A program made the position numbers and the translations under genes. Positions 12,727-25,479 of a stretch of 64,000 nt of DNA are shown piece by piece (the stretch's first letter is position 1; each line of letters begins with the position of its first letter). The stretch is from the human T2T-CHM13v2.0 reference genome, Homo sapiens. The stretch lies in NCBI RefSeq assembly GCF_009914755.1, contig NC_060927.1; one strand, 5' to 3'. Under the pieces are notes generated by a model. The model saw nothing but the letters and a program-made list of their open reading frames with translations, searched no databases and was not told the DNA's origin.

Positions 12727-12802
12727 CTCTCTCTCTCTCTCTGTCTCTCATTCACATACACACACATCCATAATACACACACACATCAATAATACACACA
12801 CA
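12727..12802. repeat. Compound (CT)n/(CA)n microsatellite
   Basis: Direct reading. Confidence 0.85.
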
Positions 12803-12849
12803 AAGAGGATGTGAAGGGGGACTCTCTCTGACTTAGCACTTAAAATGTG

Positions 12850-13030
12850 CTGGGCCTTGTACTAAGAGATTTTCATATATTAAGTTATTTAGTCCTCACA
12901 AGAGATGTGGAAGCTGAGACTGAGAGAGGTTAAGCCACTTTCCCAAGGCCATAAAGATGGTACTGTCAGAGCAGGATTTCCACCTGAGCAGACTCCAGTG
13001 TCTGCTCTTGATCTCTGCTGACTCCAAGGC
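12850..13030 (-). mobile_element. MIR
   Basis: GAAGCTGAGACTGAGAGAGGTTAAGCCACTTTCCCAAGGCCA. Confidence 0.7.
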
Positions 13031-13779
13031 ATCAAGGACCCCACCAGCACCTATGGAGATGCAGCCATCCCTGGCCAGCAGCCCCAGCTCCAGCCCCAGC
13101 ACACCACCACCAGGGCAGAAGACTAAGGGGGTGTTGGACAAGAAGGAAGGAAAGAGGGAGGAAGATGGGGAGAGGGAAAGGAAGAAGACAAGGAGGGAAA
13201 GACAGAGACAGAGAGATGGTTGGAGTAGTTAGTCAGTGGTGCCTACGAGTAAGGGAACTACATCATCTGGTCATCCAGTCTGACATTTGCCTAGGCAATG
13301 GCTGAGATACTCCTTCCTTTTGCAGGGAGGAGAGAGAACCAAAGAGACAAATGGTTGCAGAGGGCTGGGAAGGGGGACAAGGACAAGTGAGTTTCCCACT
13401 GGTTAGAAGCATGCCAGTATCTAGTGTAAGCACTTGGCCTGTATTGACTCATGTAGTCCTCACAACAACTGGATGAAATAAGCAATCTATAATCTCCATT
13501 TTGCTGGTGAGAAAAGTGAGGTATTTGCCTACAATCATACAGCCAGTAAGTATACCCTTGAGCCTCATATTTATTTAGTCAATTGTTTTCAGTTTCCATG
13601 ATCATGAATTACTATTGTAATACATAGTCCTGCAATGCTAGATTATGGAGGAATGAAAAGAACATGAGTCTATGAGTTAGGGGACCTGATTTCTGGTCCC
13701 ACTTCTAACTCTTGCAAATTCTGATCTTGTGTGGGTTCTTTATCCCACTCAAAAAATGAGCTGATTGGATTAACTCAGG

Positions 13780-14298
13780 TGGTAGTTGTAGTAGAAGCCC
13801 CGGAAGTACCAGTAGTAGTAATAATCGAAGTAGTAGCTATAATAGAAGAAACGATAGTAACAGAAAAGAAGTAATAACAGAAGTAGTAGCAGTTGAGTAG
13901 CAGTAGTAATAGAAGTAGTGGCAGGAGGAGGATTAGCAACATTAATATAAATAAAAGTAGAAGTTACTGTAGTAGTAGAAGAAGAAGAGAAAGAGGAGGA
14001 GAAGAAAAAAAGGAAGAGGAGGAAAAGAAAAAGAAGAAGATATAGTAGTAACAGTAGTGGTAGAAGAAGTAGAACTTATAGAAGAAATCACAGTAGTAAT
14101 TGTGGTAGTCGCAGTAATAGACATAGTTGTAGTAGCAGCAGTGAAAACAGAATTAGTAGTAAAAGAAACGAAAGTAGTTAATAGATGAAGTTGTAATACT
14201 AGAAGTAGTAATAATAGTGATAGAAGAAGTCGTAATAGTATTAAAGGAAGTAGTTTTTAAAGAAGAAGAGGAGGACAAAGAGGTGGAGGAGGACTGAG
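13780..14298. repeat. Degenerate trinucleotide/low-complexity tract (AGT/AAT/AGA/AGG)
   Basis: ~520 bp of period-3, purine-rich sequence. Confidence 0.9.
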
Positions 14299-14304
14299 AA
14301 AAAA

Positions 14305-14490
14305 ACACCAACATCTGTGAAGACCTGTGATGTGCCAGATGCTGTGGAAAATGTGTTTTGTATACTCAGTCCTCACATCTCTCTTGTTAGCCAGCTACCT
14401 TCCATAATGCTCATTTCATAGATGGGCAAACTGAGATTCAGAGATGTCAACCTATGCAAAGGGGAGGTAGAGTCCAGACCTTGTCTTCCC
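14305..14490 (-). mobile_element. MIR
   Basis: TGTGCCAGATGCTG...CATTTCATAGATGGGCAAACTGAGATTCAGAGA. Confidence 0.7.
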
Positions 14491-14974
14491 ACCACCCTGG
14501 CTGCCTCTCCAAGGCCACCCACACCATGCTCCACAGGGAGCAGCTGTGTTCTTTCAACTTTTACAATGCCCATTCCAAAAGTCTTGCTACACAAAATGAT
14601 TTGACCCCCTTGTCCTCAGAATTAGAAGGAAACTCAGAATTAACTTCCCTCGGATAAAATCCTTTGTAAATATTTTCCATCTTTGCTTTATTTGAAAGAT
14701 CGACATGAGACTAGTTGTCACCCAAAACTCTGTTGATATTTCCTTTTTAAAGAACATAACATACATTCTTGGGCTGGACTCAAACATTCTTACATTTTGT
14801 TTTTAAAAAAGAAACTATTTATGGAAAACCATAATTATTGGAAATGCAAGGTGGAAGCCCTGCATTCTTTCTTCCTCTGTGATAAAGGGCATAAAATGTC
14901 AGCTTTCTACCATTCTAGGAGAAATACTCCTCTCTCCAGCACCATTCCTAAGGACTGGCACAAAGTGTCATCGT

Positions 14975-15220
14975 AATAACCACTGAGAATGTTAATTGAA
15001 TATTTGGTGTTTTGGGGGATGCTATGTGAAGCATTTTATGTGCATCTTTTCATTTAATTCTCATCATCTCCTTATGAGATAGGGTTGTCAACATCAGCCC
15101 CATTTTACAGATGGTGAAACTAAAGCTTATGGACTTTAAGAAAATCACACAAGTTCACCCTGTAAGTGACCAAAGTGGGCTCTTAAACACAGGTCTGTCT
15201 GAATCCAAACCAGAGTCCCC
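14975..15220 (-). mobile_element. MIR
   Basis: CCCCATTTTACAGATGGTGAAACTAAAGCT. Confidence 0.75.
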
Positions 15221-15414
15221 AGACTAACTTGGAGTAGCTGGAAGTTACCAACTAAGGGAATTTAAGTAACTCAACTCCAGAAGGAATGAAAACTTTAGAT
15301 GGATGACTATTCAGCAACTGACCCACAAAAACACAGTCATGAGCGGTCACTGGAAATACCCGCCTAAGTAAGAGCTTGGAGTTGGAGGTGGGGGCTCTGT
15401 GAATATCTTCATGG

Positions 15415-15790
15415 CCATTCATTCATTGTATATTCAGCAAACATGTACTGCTCATCTCATGACAGACAAAACCCTAGGAATCAGGGACACAGCAGGAACC
15501 AAAACAGACACAGTCGCTGCCTTCCAGGAGATCACAGTTGAGAAGGGGACAGTCAGCAGACAATCGCGGTTGAATGGGATAAATGAAACACTAAGGTTTC
15601 ATTTCAAAGGAACTGAGAAGGGGATAGGATACAGCCCCAGGGGGGAGAGGATACAGTCAAGAAAGTCTTCTTGGAGGAGATGCCACAAACTGATATTTGA
15701 AAGACAAACAGAAGTCAGCTGGGTAAATAAAGCTGGCTGTGGAAAGAGTCCTGGGCAGAGAGAATGGCACGCACAATGACTTGGGGAAAG
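15415..15790 (-). mobile_element. L2 3' fragment
   Basis: CATTCATTCAT..ATTCAGCAAACATGTACTG; AAAACAGACACAGTCGCTGCCTTCCAGGAG. Confidence 0.7.
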
Positions 15791-16249
15791 AGAGGGCAAG
15801 GAAAGACTGGGGAACTGCAGGCCTTTGGTATGTACACTCTGATGCTGGAGAAGGAGGCCTCAGTCCTTTGTGGCTGGGTGACGTGAGCCACTCTAAGAGG
15901 CCTAAGTACCCTCATCCTGGCTCCAGCTCCAAGCTCACCCAGTCACCTTCTAGTTATCACTGGCTTCCAATGATGGGTTATCTACAGGGTAAGAAGGTTA
16001 AGACAGGAGCTAGAGTTCAAATGCAAATTAACAAATGGATTTTTCAACTCTCTCTTGCCCCTCTCAAATGAATTGGGTTTTACCACTGAGTGTCCCTGGT
16101 CACCTGAGTGTCCAAGCTCACACAGCACAAACGCGGACATAGGCATAGGGCATGACACCCTCACTCTGCATGGACCTTTTGACTGAGATAGATCATTTGC
16201 CTGGGGGTGCACGCCACAGCCAGTTCATGCAGCAGTGTTTACTGAGAAT

Positions 16250-16640
16250 GTGTATCTGTTAAAACTCTTTCAATAATGACCAAGAAAAAAACCAATTCAA
16301 AGTATTAAGTAATAAGGAATTTATGATTTTATGCCCAGAGGACCCAGAGTTGGTTAATTCCATAGCTCAATGATGTCATCAAATACCAGATTTTTTTCCT
16401 ACATTTTCTCTCTTCCTTTATCTTTCTATGGTTCCTGGTGTCTCATGTAGAGATAATATTCATTAGAAGAAAAGTGACTTCATCTGCCCTGATCTTATTC
16501 CCAAAAGTGCCCCCACCCCATTAGCTTTTCCCCCATACCTCATTTGCCAGAAATTAGTCACATGCCCCTTCCAATTTGTAAAAATGTGGTTAAGGAAATA
16601 AAGAGGATTGCTTGAACTGGATCCACTGTGGGGAACATAG
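16250..16640 (-). mobile_element. MLT1 (MaLR) LTR, old
   Basis: CCTCATTTGCCAGAAATTAGTCACATGCCCCTTCC and MLT1-like terminus. Confidence 0.5.
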
Positions 16641-16740
16641 AAAGTTTCACCATGCCTGACCCGCAGCTCTGTGGAGAAGGCAAAATTGAACAATTAGGGG
16701 CTCTCCCAGCCAAGAAAAGTAGGGGTTAAAAAATGGATAA

Positions 16741-16999
16741 GGAGGCTGAGGCGGGCGGATCACGAGGTCAGGAGATCGAGACCATCTTGGCTAACACAGT
16801 AAAACCCCGTCTCTACTAAAAATACAAAAAATTAGCTGGGCACGGTGGCAGGTGCCTGTAATCCCAGCTACTCCAGAGGCTGAGGAAGGAGAATGGCATG
16901 AACCCGGGAGGCGGAGCTTGCAGTGAGCCAAGATAGCACCACTGCAGTCTGGCCTGGGTGAAAGAGCGAGACTCCATCTCTAAAAAAAAAAAAAAAAAA
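16741..16999 (+). mobile_element. AluY, 5'-truncated
   Basis: GATCACGAGGTCAGGAGATCGAGACCATC, GAGCTTGCAGTGAG; TSD AAAAAATG(G/A)ATAAGG. Confidence 0.93.
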
Positions 17000-18799
17000 T
17001 GAATAAGGGTCATTTGTCTGGCATTCAGTAAGAGCTCAATAAATGTTTTCTGAATGAGGAAAGGAATAAGCAAGTTGGGATGGTTACAAGAGGTAAGGTA
17101 CCGTAACAGGTATGGACATATGTTCAACACAACCCTCTGAGTTGAAGAAAATAGAAACTAAATTCAAACTTGTTTCAGAGAAGAATAAATGATACCTATT
17201 GAATCCTATAATTGGGAAGTCTAGGATTGTACCAGAGTCAGGTTTAGCAGGATCCAGTAATCCACATACTATTTTCAGGTATCCATGTCATCAACAGCAG
17301 CCTCCCAGGTCAACAGCCCTAAGGGTTGTTGGGTACTTTTCTTCCCCAGACTTCCAACCCAAGTTCCTGATGTGTAGCTCAATGGCCTGGTTCAGATGCA
17401 CGAACTAGGGCTGTGAGGGGGCTGATTGGTCAGCCATGGAGTCACATGACCCCCATGGACAGGGGAAACAGGAAGAGGGTTTCTCAGAGCTCAGGAGCAG
17501 GTGAACTGGAGGCAGAGCAGGCACAGGGTGAGGGAGGGAGGAGAAGCTGAAGAGAGATGTGACTTGGCTCTTTGTCATTTTCCATTGTTTCCTCACAGCT
17601 CCTGCCTGGTTTTTCTTTGGCAGATAGGACACAACCAAGCAATCCACACATTTCCTAGTCATCTCTCTCTGGTAAACAGCAAAAATGCCTTCCGAGAATC
17701 ATTCCAAACCAAGAGCTGGGTGGGTGGATGGAGAAAGACATTCACATCTAATTAATGGTAGCTGACAGTCATGAGATGATGTCAGTAGTAAAAACTTCCT
17801 TCAACCTAGGTTTAGGAAAGGACCACTTAGGAGACGATTAATGAAGTTTTATTCTTCATAGCCACAGTGAAAGTAAAGGGGAAACATAATTGGTGTCCTT
17901 TGGTTAAAAAGTGGCAATTTGCTCATTGGCAGTTTTGTTCAGATGGGAAGGGGTGGGGACCTGACCAGAGCAGAACAAATACGGCAGGCACGTTGTAATG
18001 ACGCACAGCTGAAGTAGCATGCCAGGAAGGCCGTCTGTTTGGAAAAGGAGCTGAACTGAACACGTGAGTGGTTTTCATGTAATTCAGAACCCACAACTAC
18101 TGCACTCATTTCAGAAGAATTTCCAAAAAGGGTTCCTCTTGAATGAGCCTATAGGAGGCATCAAACATCACATCCCCCTGGAGTGATCACATGACAAATA
18201 TGAGAAAACATGCCATGTATCATCAGGATGTATTCTGTGGCCCAGTTTCCCCACCATAGGCCTTTGCCCTTGCTGGTCTCCCCACCTGGAATGCCCTTCT
18301 CTGTGATCTTTGCAGAGCTGGCTCATCCTCTGTCTTCACATCTCAGCTCAAATATCACCTTATCAGAGAGGCCTGACCCCATGATCTGCTTCACAGGACA
18401 CTATTTGGTTTCTCAGCATATTCCTGAGTGATATATACTTGGTTTGTTGGCATGTTCCTAGACTCATTTACTTTATGGCTCAGGATGCCCCCTTAAGGGC
18501 AGATGCAGGTCCTATGTTGGTCACCAGTAGATGGCCAGTGCCTCACCAGTGACTGGCAGTGAAATATTTGTTGAAAAAATTAATTTTCTCTGGACCCTTC
18601 TTGCTAACACTGGGCCCACCGCAGATTCCTTGCATAGGCCCCAAACTCTTGCATTGGCTGTTCCATCTACCAGAAATCCAGGTCCTTACTCAACCTCACA
18701 CCAAAGGACTACCTGATGAATCCCATTCATTCTTCAGGGCCAGTGTTACCTTCTTTCTGTAGCTTGCCTGGATCCCCAGCTCAGCCCAAGGCAGAGTAT

Positions 18800-19010
18800 A
18801 ACAGAAATAACCCAGGCCCTGAAGTCAGATAGACCTATGTTCAAACTTTGGCTCCAACACTTACTAGCTATGGATGCTTGGAAACATGTTTAGCTCTCGT
18901 AGCCTCAGTTTTCTCATCTGAAAAATGAGAATCATGATAGTACTAACACAGAATTTCTTTGAGAACTAAATGAGATCAAATGTATACAAAATGCCCAGTC
19001 CTGGCACCTC
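18800..19010 (+). mobile_element. MIR
   Basis: CACTTACTAGCT...GCCTCAGTTTTCTCATCTGAAAAATGAG. Confidence 0.8.
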
Positions 19011-22000
19011 ACATTATTGTTTTAGGATTCTAGCATCAACCATACTCATTTCTGGATGTATCTGTACCAATAGGCTGTGAGTTCTTCAAGAAGGGACTAC
19101 TTGCTTCTTCTCTTTATGTTATCATGCCTTGCATTTTCTGTGGAGCATAGTAGGTACTCAATAAAAATGTGTCAAATTAAATTGGATATCATTACAACAT
19201 TTCCCAGGAATTCAAGTGGCTTCTCTACCCCTTTTCCTTGACTTGCAGCTATCCAGAAAAAGCAAACCCACGTGGCTTGTGTCACAAGCAAAAATTTAAG
19301 AAGAAATATCATCCATGAGAAAATAATCACACCCCACGTTCCCACACCAAACCGAATTGTTTTCAGTCGAGTTCTAGTCTGTGCACTTTGCCCTTCTAAC
19401 CAATGTTTATTAATATGAGGAATCAAGAGGTTACTAGGAGCAATCGCTCAAAACTGGCAGGAAACTAACATTTGGTTGGTATCTGTGTCTCTCTCTGGAA
19501 TGGGTGCGTCTTCACGTTCCCTTCTCATGCTGAGGTTTGTTTTCCCCACATGTTGTTCAGAAAACACAAGACTTAATGCCCTAGCTTTTTGCTGCCTAAA
19601 ACGGACAACCCTTCCCTTCTTCAGCCTCAGGGACTGTGTCAACTTTAAGGTCATGACCACAGGGCCACAGGGGAGCCAATCATGATAACAAAATATTATT
19701 TGCCTCCCTGGTTTCTGGTGCATTCAACAGGAGCCCTCAGCTCCGAGTCCCAAGACTCTACAAATTCCTGTTCCAACCCAAAACTTCACCACTCTCTAGG
19801 GCACTAATCATTTTATCAGAAACCTACGGTGGCTCCAGCATCTCATTCCAAGTTCTGACTATGCTTTATTTTTTTCCCAATATTATGAATGTTTAAAAAC
19901 ATGTTTTTATTGGAAAGATCTGTATGTCCTCATTAATCTTTTGGATCTCACTGGAGCCCCTTAACATGCCCCTTAAAATATCCATTAAAAAGTCAACCAC
20001 AACTGTTTAAATAATTTTAATGCATACATTTAAAAAGAGGGCAATGAGATATGCACATCATTTAAAGATGGTGGTGGACGTTGGAAAGGGAAGTCGGTGA
20101 TGGGCATGAGGTCACAGACTCGCCATTAGGGATCATTCTTCATTCAGCAAATTGTCATTTACTTGGAATATCTCCCTCATTCCATGGATTTTAGGCATAC
20201 TTTCTTTTCAGTGGGAAAATGGAAGGAATAGATCATTGGGACCTTTCATTTTTCTCATTCCTATCATCTAAACACAAAGAAAGTGCCCTGTTTAGAAAAT
20301 GCTGCTAAGTTGTGGCAGCCCAGGGATATTTCAAGCTTGCATTCTGGCCATTTCTCTCTGTTTTATATGGCTTCCTGCTCTCACATCCAATGAAAATAGC
20401 TCTTTCCATGGCAACACCACATAGAGATATCATGGCAAGACTGTGTTGTGGTTGCTATTTTTTTAAGCAATACTATTTATCTTGAAACTGCACCAATTTC
20501 TCCCCCTTTTTCTCTCATTCCACAATCACACCAGTGTTGGCAGTTCCTCTTGAGGGCATGTGAGGACACTTAGTCACCTTTACCAAAGGACTGTAGTTCT
20601 ACTTCTTTAGTCCACCATACAACATTAGTTCTGTATGCTTGTCAAGTTTTTAACTTTGGGTGCTCAAGTTGAAGTTCTTGGTTTGATGTTCAAAGCCATT
20701 CACAATAGTCTTGACTGCTTCCATATTTTCATATACTAACACTGCCTGTATTATAACAATACTGAGCTGTTTAGCCTGTGACTCAAAGATACCTGGACCT
20801 TGTTGGCCAGGTTACCATTGCATTACAGTCAAATTTAATGTATCACCTTATTCCAAACACACACATGCTAACACACACAAACACACAAATACATAGACAC
20901 ACAAATCTATTCCCTATAGCATTTGGACAATGAAGTAAAATTTTGCTGAAGGTCTATGGAGAAGACTGAGGATGGGAATTGTACTATACATCCTTAGCCA
21001 AATGTGCCTTCAAAGTGCCTTTTATAACATTTCTTCAAAGTTCCTTTCCCTTTAATAATTGTTAAATGTATCTCTACCCCCAGCCCCTTTATCTCAAAAC
21101 TGCTCTCCAGTTGAAGTTAACTCTTTCTCCCCACCTCTCCTCCAGTTCAAACATCCCACTGAACAAAATGAGAGCCAGGTCACCAGCTGAGAGGTTTCAG
21201 TGAAACCAGATCATTAGGTTGGCCTAATCATTCAGCAAAGATCATTAGGTTTGCCAATCAATCAATGATGGCTTGAATGAGTCCCAGGCTGGGGAGAGAT
21301 GGGCATTCATGTCCACTTCATCCCATCATGTGAAATTTACAAATGTACTAGGCAGCTCTGGCTCCGTGAGTGCACATGCTGTTCTCTCTTCCTAGAATGC
21401 CCTTCCCTCATTGCTTATCTGATGAGACCTTTCAGGTTTTAAGATCCAGCTCAAGGATCAACACTTCTGAGAAATCTTGGGGATTTCAGACATGTTTCCT
21501 CATCCAAAGAAAAATATAAAAGTCCCGAGCTGGCCACTCTGACGTAGCACTGTTCATGACCCCTGGGTGTTTTACTTATTGACCATGTCTTTGCCTCACT
21601 TCTCCTTACCTTAAAAGGAAGGTCTTCTCATCTGAATCTCCAGAACCCAGCCCAGCACTGAGTATATACATATTGTATAACCAGTAAATGTTTGTCAGAT
21701 GGAATTTTATTCTTACCACACATCCAGGAGTTAGGTGAAGCAGGTGTTATATAACAGGTATTGCTAGGCAAATTCTTTTTCCTTTCTGAGACACAGGTTA
21801 TATTGTACGAATGCCCTAAGCACTATACATGCATTAATTCACTCAATTCATCACAAGAACCCTATGAAGTAAATGCTATTATCATCCTCATTTTACAGAT
21901 GAGAAGGTTAGATTTCCCTTTGGTAAATTTTATTGTAGTTCAAAATACTTTTCACCCATCCTGGGGTGTCCCTACCTATAAGAGGATTGTATACCCAGGC

Positions 22001-22289
22001 ATGGCTATGTGATTAGATTTGTACTAGGAAATCTAAAAAGGGATGTGTGTCATCCCCAAAGATTTAAGAACCAGCATGTGGTTGCCCTACTTCTTTCTCC
22101 TTTACCCTCTTAGATGCCTCTACTCCATCATCATGGATGCCAGAGTAAAAATGATATGGAAAAGAGGTACAACTGATCCATGTGGCCATAGAGCACAAGA
22201 AAGAAATAAACCTTTGTTTCTGTAAGCCACTGAGCTCTGGGCGTCATTTGTTATCTCAGCATAATCTAGCCTAAGCTGACTTATGAACT

Positions 22290-23490
22290 CCACAAATCTG
22301 GTCTTTTTTCAGTGTCCCCAGTGTCAATGAACGGATTAACATCCATTTATTCATACAAGTGATGAATCTGGAATTCATCTCTGGTGCCTCTTCTCCCTTC
22401 TCTAAAGGAAAAAAATACATATATCCAAGCCCTGTCAATGAAGCCTCCTAAATCTCCCTGGAATTGAATGTCTCCACTTCTCTCTTCAATACCTCCATCC
22501 TAGGCCAAGTCACCATCATCTCTCCCCTTGACTGTTGAAATGACATACCTGAACTCCCGAGCCCCATACTTCACCCACTTTTTTTGCTGCCCATACTATC
22601 CTCCACAGAAACTCTATTATAACAACAACATTGATAATGTTATTATGGTGTTTAGAAACATTTTGTGCTTTCTCATTGTTCTCATGCGCTGACAAGACCC
22701 TCCGGAACTGAGCCTACCTCTCCAATCTCTCTCTCTCTCTCTTTTTTTTGAGACAAAATCTCACTCTGTCACCCAGGCTGGGGTGCAGTGGTACGATCTC
22801 GGCTCACTGCAACCTCTGCCTCCCGGGTTCAAGCAATTCTCTCCTTCTGCCTCAGCCTCCCGAGTACCTGAGATTTCAGGTGCCCGCCACCACACCCAGC
22901 CAATTTTTTTGTATTTTTTAGTAGAGATGGGGTTTCACCATCTTGGCCAGGCTGGTCTTGAACTCCTGACCTCGTGATCCCCCCTTGACCTCCCAAAGTG
23001 CTGGGATTACAGGTGTGAGGGACCGTGCCCGTTCTCCAATCTCTTTTTATCCTATCCTCTCACTTGAACTCAATAACCCAGTCACTCTGATCTTCATCCC
23101 ACTCTTAAGCCGTAGTATTTTTGACCTTTAGGCCTTGCACATGCTGTTGTACCTGGACTCCTATCTCCTCCCACCTTCATTCTCTATCTCACTACTCAAA
23201 CCACACTTCCGAAGGAAGCCTTCCTTTGATCATAACCCCTATAATCTGAGTCAGACTTCCTTATTAAGTGCTTTCATAGAACCATGTACTTCTCTTTCAT
23301 CATATTTTTCACAATTTCCAGTTGGATGCAATTATAGAATTGTTTTATTAAGCTGCCTCCTAGACCATAATCTTTGTGGTAATGGGAATCATGTCAAATT
23401 CATCTTTTTACCTGAACACCCAACCATTTCTGAAACATGGCAGATGCTCAAATAAGATTTGATGAATGAAAGAATGAATAAGTAAGTAAA
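22290..23490 (+). mobile_element. L2 3' region interrupted by an Alu
   Basis: CCTAGGCCAAGTCACCATCATCTCTC; GGCCTTGCACATGCTGTT; tail GCTCAAATAAGATTTGATGAATGAA. Confidence 0.7.
22731..23032 (-). mobile_element. Alu (AluS-type) with tail partly converted to (CT)n
   Basis: Reverse Alu; TSD TCTCCAATCTCT at 22719-22730 and 23033-23044. Confidence 0.93.
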
Positions 23491-24174
23491 TGAAGACTCC
23501 TTCCATTTTGAGATTCTAGGGCTCCTTGTAAGGCTTGAAAAATAAACTGGCTTGCTCTCTCCCTTAAACGGGAATGAAAGACAACCCTTCCATTCACTTT
23601 GTTGGATCAAAAAATGCAAGGTACTACAGTAGTCCGATTTTTGTAAGTGTTTACAAAGGTACTTTTACATATCATCTCATCCACTTAGGCCCTCTGTCCA
23701 TGCAGAAAAGAAGTTTTATACAGGATTGCTCTGAATACAGGCCTTAGACCTAAAGCAAATAACATGAACATCGGTACTGAGAAGCAGGGCTGGGTCACTG
23801 CAAAGTTAACTTGGTCATGAACTAAAATGGACTGTTGTCTTTTGGAATGTGTACAGATGGTGACCAGAAATGGAGCACTGCCTGATATTTTCTCTCAACA
23901 ACTGGCTAGGGCTTTGGTCATCCCAGGGGCATGGTCTGGGCAATTTCATTTAAACAGCCCCAGAAGCCCTCAGCAGGGCCTCTATGTTTTTCTAGGCCAC
24001 TGGTAATGACATTGGCTGTACCACTGCTTTTACAGATGGTAGTCAGAGGCAGAAGGACTGGGCAAGCCGCCAAGGGATGCTCCATGAATGGCAAGGCTCT
24101 GTTTATTATTTCACAGAGTTCCAACCTGAGTTCTAGATCACAGCCTTGGCAAAGTTCACATCACAGAGAAGTTC

Positions 24175-24370
24175 AAGTGTGGCAGTGTGGTACAATGAAA
24201 AGAACCCAGTTCTGCCCAGTCTTTGGAGTTCAAATCCCAGCATTGGCCACTTACTAGTAAAGTAAATTTGGACACGTCACTGCATTTCTCTGAACCTTAG
24301 TATCTTCATCTGTCAAATGATGGACAGGGTGAGAATAATTCTTGCAACCTCAGGTACTCAACAAATGTCC
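24175..24370 (+). mobile_element. MIR
   Basis: GTTCAAATCCCAGC..GCCACTTACTAG...TTCATCTGTCAAATG. Confidence 0.75.
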
Positions 24371-24879
24371 ACACCTTCTCTCCACCCCAATCTTTCTTCT
24401 AAGCATGTAGCAGAGTAAAATCCTCAGCTTTTGTCTAACTAAGAGACTGATTCTTTAAACCTCATACTTTTATCTTCATTTTAATGGAAAGGACCACATA
24501 TTTCAGTTCCTTTAGATATGTGACAACTGGAAGTGAACTTTATAAAAAAAAATGGAACATTATGGAAATGACTAGATATTAATAAGTCTCCTTCTGTTGT
24601 AGAAGCAATAATATTAATATCTACCTTTCTAAAGTGCCTCCAAGGGGCCAAGCACTGGACTGGGTCATTTTCATTCCTACTACAAATTACCTATCTCTGC
24701 CTTGATTTGCTTCTACTGTAAAATAAGAATAATAATAATACCTTCATCATAGGGTTATTTAAGAGATTAAGTGAAATACTCTATGTTACACAGATTTGCT
24801 TAGTGCTCTATGCATATTAAGTGTTTGCTATATGCATATTAAATGTTCACTATATGGTAGACAGTTCTTTCATTCATGA

Positions 24880-25206
24880 GTTTTCTGGAGCCAACTCATA
24901 GTTTTTAGTTTTTTGAGGAATCACCACATGTTTTCTGCAATGGTTGACCTGATTTACATTTCCACCAACAGTGTATAAGCATTCATTTTTCTCTGAAACC
25001 TCACAAGCATCTGTAATTTTTTGACTGGCTTACAAGAGCAGATTTGTGTGCATTTCTTCCCAAGCCTGTGCTTACTGACATCATGTAGATAGCTTGAAAT
25101 TAGCTATAGTGGATGCATTTACACCACAGAAATCAGCAAACTTTACAAACAAGGGTTTTTGTCTTTTCAGAGAGCCAGTTATTCGCTATTCAGCAGCACT
25201 CCACTC
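24880..25206 (+). mobile_element. MER63A-like (hAT-Blackjack), split by an L1 fragment at ~24899-25026
   Basis: TAGCTTGAAATTAGCTATAGTGG..ATTTACACCACAGAAATCAGCAAA; insert TTTTTAGTTTTTTGAGGAA...CCACCAACAGTGTATAAGCATT is reverse L1 sequence. Confidence 0.65.
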
Positions 25207-25479
25207 TTTTCTCTCCATTTTTATCCGTGAAGAAAATACGCTACTGAAGAAGTTAAGTGATCTACCCAAGGTCACACGGCCAGCAAACAGCAGAGTTGAG
25301 GGTCAAGTCAGGTCCATCTGAACTCAAATCCCATGTGTTTATTTTTTTCACAATAAATTTGCTTACATTTATAGTAAAGGGGGAGGAAGCAACTTGCATT
25401 TTTCATAGGTTCCTTGCATATCATGAGGGTCTTGAAGATATATCTGACCTGTTGTTTTTAATTTACCAAACACTTGTAG

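Noticed and set aside
13942-14124. Ser/Thr-rich mucin-like ORF
   Set aside because: Artefact of the degenerate triplet tract.
19831-19958. GGCTCCAG...CTGGAGCC inverted 8-mers suggesting a MITE
   Set aside because: Too short and no TSD identified; could be chance or an unrecognised old hAT remnant.
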